Below are positions 10,701 to 22,149 of a stretch of DNA of 36,879 nucleotides, in pieces (position 1 is the stretch's first letter; each line of letters starts with the position of its first letter). Below the pieces are notes generated by a model. The model was not told where the DNA came from, did not search any database, and saw nothing but the letters and a program-made list of their open reading frames with translations. Made by a program: the position numbers and the translations under genes. The stretch is from Chiloscyllium plagiosum (taxonomy: Eukaryota), in NCBI RefSeq assembly GCF_004010195.1, contig NC_057719.1, forward strand, positions 40,833,239-40,870,117. Direction: 5' to 3'.

Positions 10701-11873
10701 AATTTAATGTAAATTAGAATTGCATTTGTGTGATAAGATTTATGTTCCAAAGTATTTACCAGTTGAAGGAATCATTACTTAAATTATTTTTGGAACTTTA
10801 AAGTCATTTGGGCTGCTTCAATATTGCATTTGTTGAAGATAATTTTTAAAAATTTGTTCTGTTGTATCGATTTGAATCTGTTGTTCTACCAGTAATTGCT
10901 ATTTAATTCAGACTTAGCTCTATGAGTCAATCTGAGCACATTGGTTATATAAAGAGAATCTAATTCAGAGCTGAGGTAATGTAAGATGAGTCGATTCATT
11001 CCATGATGTAAGTGTTAGCCAATAAGAACCCCAAAAGATAGTCAGCAGAGGGACTGGCACTTTCGAATCACGACAAAAGCTGCCAGATCCACACATGCAT
11101 TCTAATCCTGATTCCAGTACAAAATTCGTAGATTGTCAACCAACAATAAAATGATTTGCTGAATAGTATAAACTAGTTATAAGTACAAATAAACATCAAG
11201 TATACTGTGGGCTATGTATTGTTAGGGACTATGGGCTGGAATTTCCCAAAAACTTTTCAGTATAAGTCTGGTGTGAATTGGGGATTGCACAAATATTTAA
11301 TCAAGAGAAATTGTACATTAATGGGCAAGAATTTCCTTGAGTGTTTGAGATCCTTGCAAGATAATGATTGCTCCTGCAGCCTATTTACGCAGCCCTGCCT
11401 AATGAAAAAGGCTACCTCGTATCATTTTCCTTGATTTATGCTAATGTAGATCCATACCTGAAAATGCACGAGCAGTGCAGATTGAAATTGGCCGAATGGT
11501 AATTAAATAAGATTTCTGGAGTTTGACAGCAAATTTCTTTGTGAGTGAATTTCACTGAGTCCTGGACCATACTTAACTAAAGTATTGCCTGCTTCCATCA
11601 TTCTCAACGTTAAGCTTTCTCTGCCTGTTAAGTTCAAAAGAACTGAACAGCTGGAATAACCTTAATTCTTAGAATGTTCCTATTCTGCACATGAATGGGA
11701 GAGGAGAAGCAGAGGCAAGGCACTCTGAGAGTGAAACCCCATGACAGCCCAATAACACCATCTTTTATTTATGTAGTGTTATGTCCTTGTGTGAAACACT
11801 GGAGTATTGTAAAACAAAGTATACACCATCAAGCCATATCTGGGATCACAACTGTTCTCATCATGCATTACCA

Positions 11874-13670
11874 ATCTGGATGAAGGAACTGGGGGCATTA
11901 TTGCTAAGTTTGCAGATGACACAGAGGTAGGTGGAAGGATGGGTAATGTTGAGGAGGCGGGGAGGTTGCAGAATGACCTGGACAAGGATAGAAGAGTGGG
12001 AAAAGAAATGGCAGATAAAAGACAACGTGGGAGAGTATCAGGTTATGTGCTTTGCTATGAAGAATAGAGGAGTGGACTATTTGCTAAATGGGCTGAAAAT
12101 GTGTTGCTGGAAAAGCGCAGCAGGTCAGGCAGCATCCAAGGAGCAGGAGAATCGACGTTTTGGGCATGAGCCCTTCTTCAGGAATGAGGAAAGTGTGTCC
12201 AGCAGGCTAAGATAAAAGGTAGGGAGGAGGGACTTGGGGGAGGGGCGTTGGAAATGCGATAGGTGGAAGGAGGTCAAGGTGAGGGTGATAGGCCGGAGTG
12301 GGGGTGGGGGCGGAGAGGTCAGGAAGAAGATTCCTGATGCCCAAAACATTGATTCTCCTGCTCCTTGGATGCTGCCTGACCTGCTGCGCTTTTCCACCAA
12401 CACATTTTCAGCTCTGATCTCCAGCATCTGCAGTCCTCACTTTCTCCTCGAAGATATTTCCTAAATGGGAAAGGCTTCAGAAATCTGAATTACATAGGGA
12501 CTTGGGGGTCCTAGTTCAGGATACTATTAAAGTTAATATACAAAGAGACTAGGGGTTCAGATACATAGTTCTTTGAAATTTTCGCCACAGGTAAGCAGGG
12601 TGTTTGAGGAGGCATTTAGCATACTAGTCTACATACTCAGATCTTTGTGTATGGGAGTTGGGACATCATGTTGAGGTTGTACAGGACATTGGTGAGGCCT
12701 CTTCTGGAGTGCAGTTCTGTTCACAATGCTATGGAAATGACATTATTAAACTGAAGAGTGTTCAGAAGAGTTTTACAAGGATGTTGCTGGGAGTGGAGGG
12801 TTTGAGATATAAAAATAGTCTGGAAAGATTGAAATGTTTTTCACTGAAGTGTAGGAGGTTGATGAGTAACCTTATTGAGGTTTATAAAATCACAAGGGGC
12901 ATGGAAAAGGTAAATGACAAGGGTCTTTTCCCGAGGGTGGGCGTATTCAAAGCTAGGGGTCATAATTTTTAAGGTGATTGGAGAAAGATTTAAAAAGGAC
13001 ATCAAGGCAACACCTTTTTACACAGAGAGTGGAATGAACTGCCAGACAAAGTGGTGGATGCGGGTACAGTTACAATGTTTAAAAGACATTTGGATATGTA
13101 CATGAATAGGAAAGGTTTGGAGGGATATGAGCCAAGCGCAGGCAGGTGGGACTAGTTTAGCTTGGAAACATGGTCGGTCGGGATTGGTTGAACCGAAAGG
13201 TCTACTTCTGTGCTGTATGACTCTGATAGGTTCAGTTGGCAGATAGGAAAGCAAATGTAATGTTAGCATTCATTTTGAGAGGGCTAGAATACAAAAAGAG
13301 GGATGTACTGCTGAAGCTGTGTGAGGCTTTGGTCAAACCACATTTGGAATATTGTGAATAGTTTTGGGCTCTTCATCCATGGAAGGCTGTGTGGGAGTTA
13401 CAAAGAGTTCAGAGGAGGTTTACAAGCATGATCTTGGGGATGAAGGGCTTGTCATATGATGAGTGGTTGAAGATTGTGGATCTGTACTCAGTGGAGTTGA
13501 GAAGGGATCTCATTGAAACTTACAGAATAATGAGAGGCCTGGACAGAGTGATGTGGAGAAGATGTTTCCACGAGTAAGAGACATTAGGACCCAAGGGCAC
13601 AGCCTCAGAGTGAAGGGATGAACCTTTAGAACTGAGACAAGAGGGAATTTCTTCAGTCAGATGGCAGTGA
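11874..13670 (+). mobile_element. CR1 RT/C-terminal fragment interrupted by a PLE (12093-12454) and another CR1 3' fragment (~12546-13227)
   Basis: LDEGTGGIIAKFADDTEVGG at ~11876-11936. The sequence resumes at 12455 and again at ~13229 (gttcagttggcagataggaaagcaaatg...). The inner CR1 ends ctgtgctgtatgactctg. Confidence 0.85.
12093..12454. mobile_element. Second-family PLE terminal-repeat insertion with inverted arms and two damaged hammerheads
   Basis: 12092-12165 is the reverse complement of ~12339-12412. 15-bp TSD tattt(g/c)ctaaatggg at 12078-12092 and 12455-12469. The minus-strand motif CUGAAGA-A-GGGC-UCAU-GCCC-AAAAC-GUC lies at 12150-12185. Confidence 0.88.
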
Positions 13671-14165
13671 TGTTGCGAAACTTGAAAGGATTCAGAAAAG
13701 ATTTACAAGGATGTTGCCAGGGTTAGAGGATTTGAGCTATAGGGCGAGGTTGAATAGGCTGGGGCTACTTTTTCCTGGAGTGTCAGAGGCTGAGGGGTGA
13801 CCTTATAGAGGTTTATAAAATCATGAGGAGTTTGGATAGGATAAATAGACAAAGTCACTTCCCTGGGGTGAGAGAGTCCAGAACTATAGGGCACAGGTTT
13901 AGGGTGAGAAGGGAATGATATATAATAGAGACCTAAGGGGCAACATTTTCATGCAGCGGGTTGTATGTGTATGGAATGAGCTGCCAGAGGAAGTGGTGGA
14001 GACTAGTCAAATGCAACATATAAAAGGCATCAGGATGGGTATATGAATAGGAAGGGTTTGGAGGGATATGAGCCAAGTGGTGGCAGGTGCGACTAGAGTG
14101 AGTTGGGATATCTTGTCGGCATGGACAAAGGTCTGTTTCTGTGCTGTACATCTCTATGACTCTAT
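13669..14165 (+). mobile_element. CR1 3' fragment, same family as 2397-4174
   Basis: Aligns by eye to 3677-4174 and ends ctctatgactctat. Confidence 0.88.
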
Positions 14166-14221
14166 TACTAAAAGACGATGGCTTTGATCTTGTCAAATTT
14201 CTGCAAATCACATTTTTTTAA

Positions 14222-14503
14222 ATTCTTTCATGCACCAGCAAGGTCATCATGTGTTGTCTATCACTAAGTGCCCTTGAACTGAATGGCTTGCAGGGCAATG
14301 TCAGAGGACATTTAATAGTCAACCACATCAGTGGGGATCTGGAATCCCAACATAGGTCAAGCTTTACCAAAGGGCACCATTACTGAATCAGTTTTCAATT
14401 CCAAATTTTATTATTGAATTTAAATTCCACCAGCTGCTGCAGTAGGATTTGAACCTGTGTACCAAGGTAGAAACCAGAGCTTCTGAATTGCTAGTCCAGT
14501 GAC
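14222..14503 (-). mobile_element. Decayed tRNA-derived SINE (SacSINE1/DeuSINE-like)
   Basis: Reverse complement begins gtcactggactagcaattcagaag...ggttcaaatcc (B box), has a central gtggttgact...ctctga block, and ends in cagttcaagggcacttagtgatagaca, an L2-type tail. The family name is from memory. Confidence 0.6.
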
Positions 14504-14859
14504 CTGGCAACTAGGCCCCTGTCTCCCCATGATATTGGCTATTAGATAAACTGTATGAAAATCTATAGTTAGTGGAAGGATCAGGAGAGGTGCTGATAAA
14601 GCCCATCTGTCACCAGTGTGTAGAGGGGAAGAGAGGTTGTGTTTTGAATGATGCAGCACATAGTAACAGAGTGAAATCATTAACAAAGCAAAACAATAGC
14701 CAGGATTGGAAAATCTGGGAATCTCTCTTCCAAACAGATTATAGAAATTTTAAAGCTGAAATCGATAAATTTTTGTTAGCTATAAGTATCAAAGGTATGG
14801 ATGAAGGTTGTATCTGGAGTTCGCATACTCATCAGCAATGAGATGATTTTTAACAATAC

Positions 14860-16280
14860 ATTCCGAGGACGTGGCCATCATTGACTAGGCCATCCTTAAA
14901 TTGTTTGAGAAGGTTGTGGTGAAGTGCCTTCTTGAACTAAGACAGTCCTTGCGGTGTTGACGCATCTGCAGTGCTTTTAGGAAGGGAATTCCAGAATGTT
15001 GATCAAGGAAGATTAAGGGAGTTGTGATATAGTTCTGAGTCAAGATGGTATATGGCTTGGAGGGGAACTTGCAGCAGGTGCTGTTGCTATGACTCTGCTG
15101 CCACTGTCCTAGGTTAGTTGAGGTTATGGGTTTGGAAGATGCTGTCAAAACAGCCTTGTTGAATTTCTACAGAGCACACTATAGATTGTACACCATACTA
15201 CTTCTATGTGTGTTAGTGATGAAGGGAGTCAATGCTGAAGATGGTGAATGGTGTACCAATTGGAAGTGGGCTGCTTTGTCCTGGACAGTGTCCAGTTTCT
15301 TAATTGTTATTAGAGTTGAGCTCTTCCAGGCAGCTGGATTATAACAAACTCTGGAGAGTCAGGAGGTGCGATATGTGCTGCAGAATACTCAACCTTTGCC
15401 ACAGTGTTTATATGGCTTTTCCAATTCAGCGATCATCCTAATGTCTGACCTCATAATGGAGGGAAGGTCATTTCTTGAAGTAGCTGAAAATGGCAAGGGC
15501 TGGAACAGTTTCCCTGAGGAACTCCCTCAGAAATGCCCTGGAACTGAGATGACTGGCCTCCACCAACCACAACCATCTCCTTTGTGCCATGTATGACTCC
15601 AACCAGCAGAGAATCTTTCCCTGTTTTCTGTTGACTCCAGATTTGCTAAGGTTTCTTAATGCCACATGTGGTCAAATGTTACTTTGATGTCAAAGGAAGT
15701 CAGTCACCTCATCTCTGGAATTCAGCTCTTCCGTCCATGTTTGGACCAAGGCTGTAATGAGGTCAGCAACTGCGTGGCTCTGGCAAAACTCAAGTTATTC
15801 ATTTGCAAACAGTGCTTGCTAGCCCTGTGAATGACCCCTTTCAACAATTTGACCAAGAGTAGACTGTTGGACAATAATTAGACAGGTTGGATTTGTCCTG
15901 CAGGTATGTATCTGAGCCATTTCCATATTGCTGGGCAACTGTTGGTTTGGGAACTGGTATCACTTGGGAACAGCATGGTTCGTGGCATGGCTTGTTCTGG
16001 AACGCAAATCTGGAACATTGCCAGAGCCCTGGGCCTTTGCAGTGTCTCATGCCTTCAGCCATGAATTAAGTGAATTGAATTAGCTGAAGACTGGCATCTG
16101 TGAGGAAGTTGAGATGGATCATCCCCTTGGCACTTCTGGCTGAAGATGAATGCAAGTGCTTCAGTTTTATCTTTTGCACTGATGTGCTGAGCTCCGCTCT
16201 CATTGAGGGGAGAGATTTTTGACGAGCCTTCTCCTCCACTGAATTGTCCAGCACCATTCACACTTGAACGGTGGCACATG
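14860..16280 (-). mobile_element. Decayed L2/CR1-like LINE (RT fragments and 3' end) with internal deletions
   Basis: The minus strand has SAKDKTEALAFIFSQKC (~16140-16190), QDKSNLSNYCP (~15870-15902) and FDIKVTFDHMW (LDxxxAFDxVW motif, ~15660-15695). The 3' region is homologous to 22150-22650. Confidence 0.8.
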
Positions 16281-19047
16281 ATTAAGGACTGAATGTTTGG
16301 CTTCTCTTCTGTAGCTATAAAATTGTATTGAGTTCTTATGAAGAGATTTAATTTGAAAGCAGCCATTGCACATTTTCTGTCTGCCAGTGATTGGTAATTT
16401 AGAAAGTGTTTGCCTGTTGAAACCTTTTAAGTTTACAGTTTCACTGTATGCGTATGATGGTTTCTGAAGAAAGAAGGTTTAGCTTTTGTCCTAGCTTTAT
16501 GGCTGTGGAGAGGGCTATAAAATGTAGAGCCAAGATCATTGAAGACTTTAAAGTTATGTACTCATTCTGGTTAAACATCTGAACAAATCCCTCAGGTAAT
16601 TGTTGCAGACTTGCTAAATTCTTCACTTCTACAATGTGTACCTTCTGTCAATGCACTTAGATAAGTATAAATTACAACACTGCAAGCTTGTGTCACTTCG
16701 TAAATAGCGAAACACTTCCCTGAGTTATTTAGGCCTTCAGTTTGAATATGATGGTATATAGTTCTGTAAATAAATAGTGTTTGATGGTTCACAGATTTAA
16801 TTCTTGTGACAATATGGTGTGTTTTGTTCAAGCCCCTGTCTTCAGTGAGAGGACAATTACAATAATGTAATATTTATTTAATGAAGCACAAGCCCTTTAA
16901 GAAACCACTTTCTTCACTTAATTATTACATTGTATAATTATTACATTGATAGTTAAGCAATAAAGCAATTTGCAGAAGTCAGTTGGCTCTGCTCTTGTAT
17001 TGTATTGGTATTAATAAAATTCACTTGCTGCCAAAAGACAAGTTTGCAGAATTAAAGAAGAAAATAGAAGATGCATGAACAAAACAAAGCGCTGAAGTTT
17101 GTGTTAAGTGTACTTTAAACAATATTCCAATTGCTTTATTCCCCTCCTTTGTCATATAGCAAAAGTGTGTGTTTTTACTGTGAACAGCTCTTTTCAGAAG
17201 TCTTATCTGGAAGGCCTGAGGCATTGAACTCAACAGTAAATGGAAATTCATAGCTGGAAACTGATATATCTTTCAGCAGTTTCAATGACATCAGACAGAA
17301 AAATCTAAGAGAAAATGAATGTCTCTCTAGTTTTACCTCCACTCCATGGCTTATTGCTGCCTCTCTGCACCACACACATGATTAGCAGCAGCCATATGTT
17401 ACGTCCCTGTTTAATGACATAGCTTTGGCCTGATGGTGGGCCAAAGGTTATATATATATGGCAGAAGACTGAGAATTCAAACTACAGAATTTAAAATCTG
17501 TTGACAGGTTTTATTAGTTAGTTTCTTTCCCCCTTGAGTTTGCTTTTCACGGTTAACAGCCCATACAAGTCACAGTTCCTATTTAACTGCTGTATGTTTC
17601 CGTTTGTTGACTCTGACAGAGTGACTGAGACTGTTTGATGTATAGTTTTATATGGCAAATTCCTGGTGTAGTATCAGCAATGCTTTCTATTGACATCCTT
17701 ATGGAAGATATTTGGAAATGAGAATTAACTGCTGGAGTATTTCTGGTATCTTGAATGGACAAAAGGGATATGATTTGTATGAGACCAAGCCAAGAAAAAT
17801 CACATTGGTCCTGTAATATTGGGATGATGTGGAGGTGCCGGTGTACATTGGTCAGAATGTGCTACATGCAGCTATAATGGTGAGGTGTATACCTTTTGAT
17901 TCTTTAACTTTATGCAGTCAGCATTATATAATTAATCTTCATAAATAGATTTTCCCTATTTCTAAATATTGCATTAATCCTTAAGAACCACATAAAATTA
18001 CCATACTACATCAGTGTATTCCAAATATTCAAATTACTGTAGGAAGAAATAAATGTGCAGTTACTAACCATTATGACCTGAGATTATGAATTACCAGTGG
18101 TATTATACATTTTGAAAACAATCAAACTAGAAATACTTTCGTAATTAAAGTCTCTCATTTTTAAAGCTGTCTTATTTTATCCTTTCATCATCTTTGTTCC
18201 AAATATCCCTTCCCATGGATTCATAGATTTTAGATATGATTTTGTTCTCTAGTTGTGGGGGCTGTGGGGTTTGAAAGAGTATGTATAAGCATGCTTTTTT
18301 AAATTGAAACTATTATTAAAATGCTGACTTTTGTTTTAATGAAGACTATTAAAGTCTAATGTTTGGAAAAGATTGTATAGCACTGTACTCAAATAATCAT
18401 ACTGACCCAGTTGTTTTGATTAATCTGCTGTGTGTATGTGTGTGTACATATATCTCAATTATATAAACCAGTAAACACTATGCAAGGAAGATGTTAAGTA
18501 GTTTCTGTTCAACTGGACTACAATATTTAGCATTTTAATATTTATTGCATTTTTACAAATAGACAGTAAATAGATAAACAAAGGCTTTTCCAAAAGGAAA
18601 GTTGAATGATATTGCAGATGGCTAAATTTATTTCACTTGTATGAGCTATCACTTCAATAAGTAGTAACCCTACATGATGGACTACTGAGAAACCATGTAT
18701 GGCAGACATTCATAACAAAAGACAAACAGCTCTGCAATTGAATGATAAAATGTGTGACAATAATGAAAATCGGTTTATATTTCTCCATTACTTCATGGTT
18801 GTCAGACTGTTTAACTGTGCATTACTCTGACCAAAGCCTCTCAGTTGCATGCTGCTTGACTAGCAAATTCATGGTTGTAACCTCTAATACTGGACAGTGA
18901 AAGACGTGCTTGTCCACCTTAATTAATTTTAGTTGTCGCTATTGTAATCTCTACAACGAACGTGGAAGCTAACCAACAAAGGTATAAAACAAAATACCTC
19001 ACAAGTCGATCTATCATCCATCGCTGACCATTTTCTTTTATGTTTAG

Positions 19048-19217
19048 GCACCGACAACAATGACAGAGTGTGGAAAAGAGAGTTTGTCTCAAGAAACGAG
19101 CATCCCGCCAAACAGCAGCAGTCAAACCTGGGCGATGGGCCCAGCAGCCTCACAGAATTCATTATTACCAAACCGAATTTCTTCTGGCACCTCAGCCGCA
19201 GCTTCTTTCTTCATCAG
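19048..19217 (+). CDS. KIF26A: Internal coding exon of kinesin-like protein KIF26A (kinesin-11 family), pre-motor region
   Basis: Branch-like CTGAC at 19024-19028, then a polypyrimidine tract and AG at 19046-19047; donor AG|GTATTT at 19218. The exon is 170 nt, phase 0 to 2, and encodes APTTMTECGKESLSQETSIPPNSSSQTWAMGPAASQNSLLPNRISSGTSAAASFFIR. This matches recalled KIF26A SAAASFFIR|AMQKL and KIF26B MTESSREGL...GTSVAASFFAR|AAQKL. The A versus B assignment rests on AAASFFIR. Confidence 0.85.
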
Positions 19218-19417
19218 GTATTTGATCCATTCATTCAAGTTGCTGGAAATTTTCAGTCAAATCTCGACGTGTCAGCATGTTTTTTTTAAATTTAAAAATA
19301 AGTTACATCAGGAAAAGGACTTCAGTCAGCAATAAATTTCTGGAATGGCAGATATTTGTTAAACATTGGGAATTGATTTTTAGAGGAATAATGAAACTAT
19401 TGGATAATTTGATACAT

Positions 19418-19481
19418 CGTAGTTGTGGGTATGTTCGCTGTCGGGGAAGTTGATTTGCAGACGTTTCGTTCCCTGTCTAGG
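19418..19481 (-). mobile_element. 64-bp PLE terminal fragment (family of 5890-7708) holding the 3' half of a hammerhead
   Basis: gttgtgggtatgttcgctg...ttgcagacgtttcgttccctgtctagg aligns to 5928-5988. 8-bp TSD tgatacat at 19410-19417 and 19482-19489. Confidence 0.75.
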
Positions 19482-19910
19482 TGATACATTTTGTTTTCCT
19501 TTCCCTTATTTTGCAAATTATTTCTCAGATGGTTCCTTTGGGTAGACCTCAATACTGGCATCAATCAGTAAAGCAGGCTCCTGATTTGCAATCACGCACT
19601 TTCCACTTGATCGAGATCTTTCATTTACTCTGTCACCTTCTATGCCACAATTTATTTTCCAATAGAGTGACGAAACTAAATCTTAGACGTCTGTTCAAAT
19701 TTCTGCCAAAACTGCTGGAAGTGTAATCATAATCTTAGAATTTGTGGACTTTTCATTTTGTTCTTCTTTGGCTTAGAGAAGCTCCATTTGTGTCTTGAGT
19801 AGCTGGTTGAGTTGCGCATGTAGGAAGAAAGGACACTTACTTCTTCTGAGCATGCTGCACTTAGTACTCGTCACATGCCAAATTAGCCAAATATTGTAAA
19901 TCCTTGCATT

Positions 19911-19965
19911 TAGAGTCATAGAGTAATAAAGATGTACAGCAGAGAAACAGGCTAACCAGATATCG
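19911..19965 (-). mobile_element. CR1 3' tail remnant
   Basis: tagagtcatagagtaataaagatgtacagcagagaaacag is the reverse complement of the tail at 4135-4175. Confidence 0.7.
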
Positions 19966-20071
19966 AATAAACAATATATGGAACCTGTTCCAGAGCATGA
20001 CCATTAGGTGAACCCAAGTACTGTCACTCTTCTCCAATATGGGTCTGAGCTTTAATTTATTTAAAATCTAT

Positions 20072-20652
20072 GGACAGAATTTTCTCTTTCTTTTAAAATG
20101 TTTGAGGACGGTTGTGTAAGATAGTTCACTCAATCGCCTGCCAATCAGCTCATTAAGAGCTGGCTGGTCAGCAAAACAGTGTGCCTAGCTCTATCACGGA
20201 CCTCAATGCTGGTTATCTGGGTGACCAGGCAGAAGCTGGCAGCTTCAAGGTCCTAAAGTACTCTGGTCACAACCTACACCTTGGGGGGATGCTGCGGCAA
20301 AATGGTAATTTTTAATTTTTGCAACTGGAGTTGCTGAGAGAATGGAGTCAGAGGCAAGGGCTGGCTGGTGATTTTCAGAGTCCCTTTGCCTTGCTCCCTC
20401 CTCGTGCCCTCAATTACTCCTAGTCGTCTTTTGTCTCCACTGCTGGGGAGTCAGCCGCTTGGGCAGTTAGTGAGTTCAGATGAATTATCACTTAAGGATC
20501 TTAATGTCTGGTGTGTGGAGAAAGTCCCCAGTAGATATTCTATTCCAACACTTAGTTTTGAGGTGGCTAGAAAAAGGGGAGTATCTCAGCTAGGCCAACG
20601 TTCCCCATTATTTCTCTTCTCACCATGTTTAGGGAGGAAAGAAAATTACATT
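20072..20652. mobile_element. Possible decayed non-autonomous DNA transposon (Harbinger-type MITE)
   Basis: A GC-richer island bounded by ggacagaattttct and agaaaattacatt, an imperfect inverted terminus similar to gggctgaatttt at 27405 and gggctggaattt at 11233. Confidence 0.35.
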
Positions 20653-21336
20653 CTGTGTCACTGTACACCAGTGAGAAATGCAAACTATTACCATTTCTGA
20701 CTCAAAATTACACAAAATAGCTAGTTTTTAAAAAATATTAATATTTCAAACATAAGGTTTAGAGGAGAGATAGTACATAAGATAATGTTAATCAGATCTT
20801 ACTAATTCACCTGGACAGTCCTCGAATCCTAGTTGCATCTCGCTAGACTTTTGCGCCTCACCCAGAATGACATTTAAGCCTTACTCAGTTTATGTGCATT
20901 AAAAAGAATCTGCCACTGTGTGAGGAAAAATGCTACCTAAGTAATGTTTACTACAATGAGCTGAAATAAAAAAAGAAATGATGCATTGACTCTAGGCAAT
21001 TGTTGCTATCATGATACCATTGCCATGTGGGTCAATCAAAACAATGTATATATCTCAGTTAACGTCCAATGTCAGAGATAATGGACTCAAACCTATTGTG
21101 TGTAAAAGCTTTTGCTACAGTGACTACACTATGCAATTTATATACTTCGAAGTTCACAAAATAATGCATTTCCCAGTGTTCTGAGCAGCTTATAGATACA
21201 ATAGTGTGCTGCTGGCACTTGTAATTTTGTGTAACCCTTTATTTAGAGGAAGATTTATGTTTCCATTACAATCAAAACTTCAGCTGCATGCTGGCTTCAG
21301 TTTCCATTTCCATATGACTGCATCTTTCTGAGTCAG

Positions 21337-21467
21337 ACCAAAAGAACTGCAGACGCTGTAAATCAGAAATGGAAACAGAAATTGCTGGAAAAGTTCAGCA
21401 GTTCTGGCAGCATTGGTGGAGAGAAATTAGAGTTAACATTTTGGGTCGAGTGACCCTTCCTCAGAAT
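21337..21467 (-). mobile_element. Solo PLE terminal repeat, divergent subfamily, decayed hammerhead
   Basis: Reverse complement: uuCUGAGGA-A-GGGUC-ACUC-GACCC-AAAAU-GUU...gctgccagaactgctgaacttttccagca...tctgcagt, homologous to the 29169 element. Confidence 0.75.
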
Positions 21468-21620
21468 TATAAGCTGTTATAAGAGAGGAGTCTTGTTTTC
21501 CTTCAGGCTGTAAATGTTCCATTACAGAAATCCTCATTTATTTCTATCAACGTATCTGAGGAAAAAAAAAAATCACGGTGCTATTTCAATGAAAGTATTG
21601 ACATGTGGGTAGCATCTAGA

Positions 21621-21911
21621 AGATTAGATTACTTACAGTGTGGAAACAGGCCCTTTGGCCCAACAAGTCCACACCGACACACAACCCACTCCCTTACATT
21701 TACCCCTTCACCTAACACTACGGGCAATTTAGCATGGCCAATTCAACCAACCTGCACATTTTTGGACTGTGGGAGGAAACCAGAGCACCTGGAGGAAACC
21801 CACGCAGACACAGGGAGAATGTGCAAACTCCACACAGAGAGTCACCTGAGGCAGGAATTGAACCCAGGTCTCTGGCGCTGTGAGGCAGCAGTGCTAACCA
21901 CTGTACCGCCC
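21621..21911 (-). mobile_element. tRNA-derived SINE, HE1/V-SINE type, near full length
   Basis: Reverse complement: gggcggtacagtggttagcactgctgcctcacagcgcc...GGTTCAATTCC (B box, 21854-21864), the central gtttgcacattctccctgtgtctgcgtgggtttcctcc domain, and a CR1-like tail gggcctgtttccacactgtaagtaatctaatct. Confidence 0.88.
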
Positions 21912-21956
21912 ACGCACTTTAGTAAAACTGAGGTCATTGGCTATCAGAGAGAATAG

Positions 21957-22106
21957 GCAAAAGTAAAGACTGCAGATGCTGGAAATCAGACTCTAGATTA
22001 GAGTGGTGCTGGAAAAGCACAGCAGGTCAGGCAGCATCCGAAGAGCAGGAAGACCGACCTTTCAGGCAAAAGCCCTTCATCAGGACAGGAATGAATGAAT
22101 GAATCA
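21957..22106 (-). mobile_element. Solo PLE terminal repeat with hammerhead motif and 14-bp TSD
   Basis: TSD atcagagagaatag at 21943-21956 and 22107-22120. Minus-strand CUGAUGA-A-GGGC-UUUU-GCCU-GAAAG-GUC at ~22053-22086. (gaat)n at the junction. Confidence 0.88.
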
Positions 22107-22149
22107 ATCAGAGAGAATAGATTGTCTACCATCTATAGGGCACCAATTA

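Noticed and set aside
12215..12315. G-run cluster as a G-quadruplex (also 36805-36865)
   Set aside because: This is ordinary composition of the PLE repeat, with nothing locus-specific to support function.
16919..16949. Short direct repeat aattattacattg x2 (and aatctgtt x3 at ~35325-35361)
   Set aside because: These are simple slippage repeats in AT-rich DNA.
19218..19335. Continuation of ORF 19060-19335 (YLIHSFK...)
   Set aside because: KIF26 similarity stops at the GT donor at 19218, so the rest is intron read-through.
21840..21911. tRNA gene
   Set aside because: The A/B boxes belong to a SINE head that continues into a SINE body and tail, and no complete cloverleaf forms.
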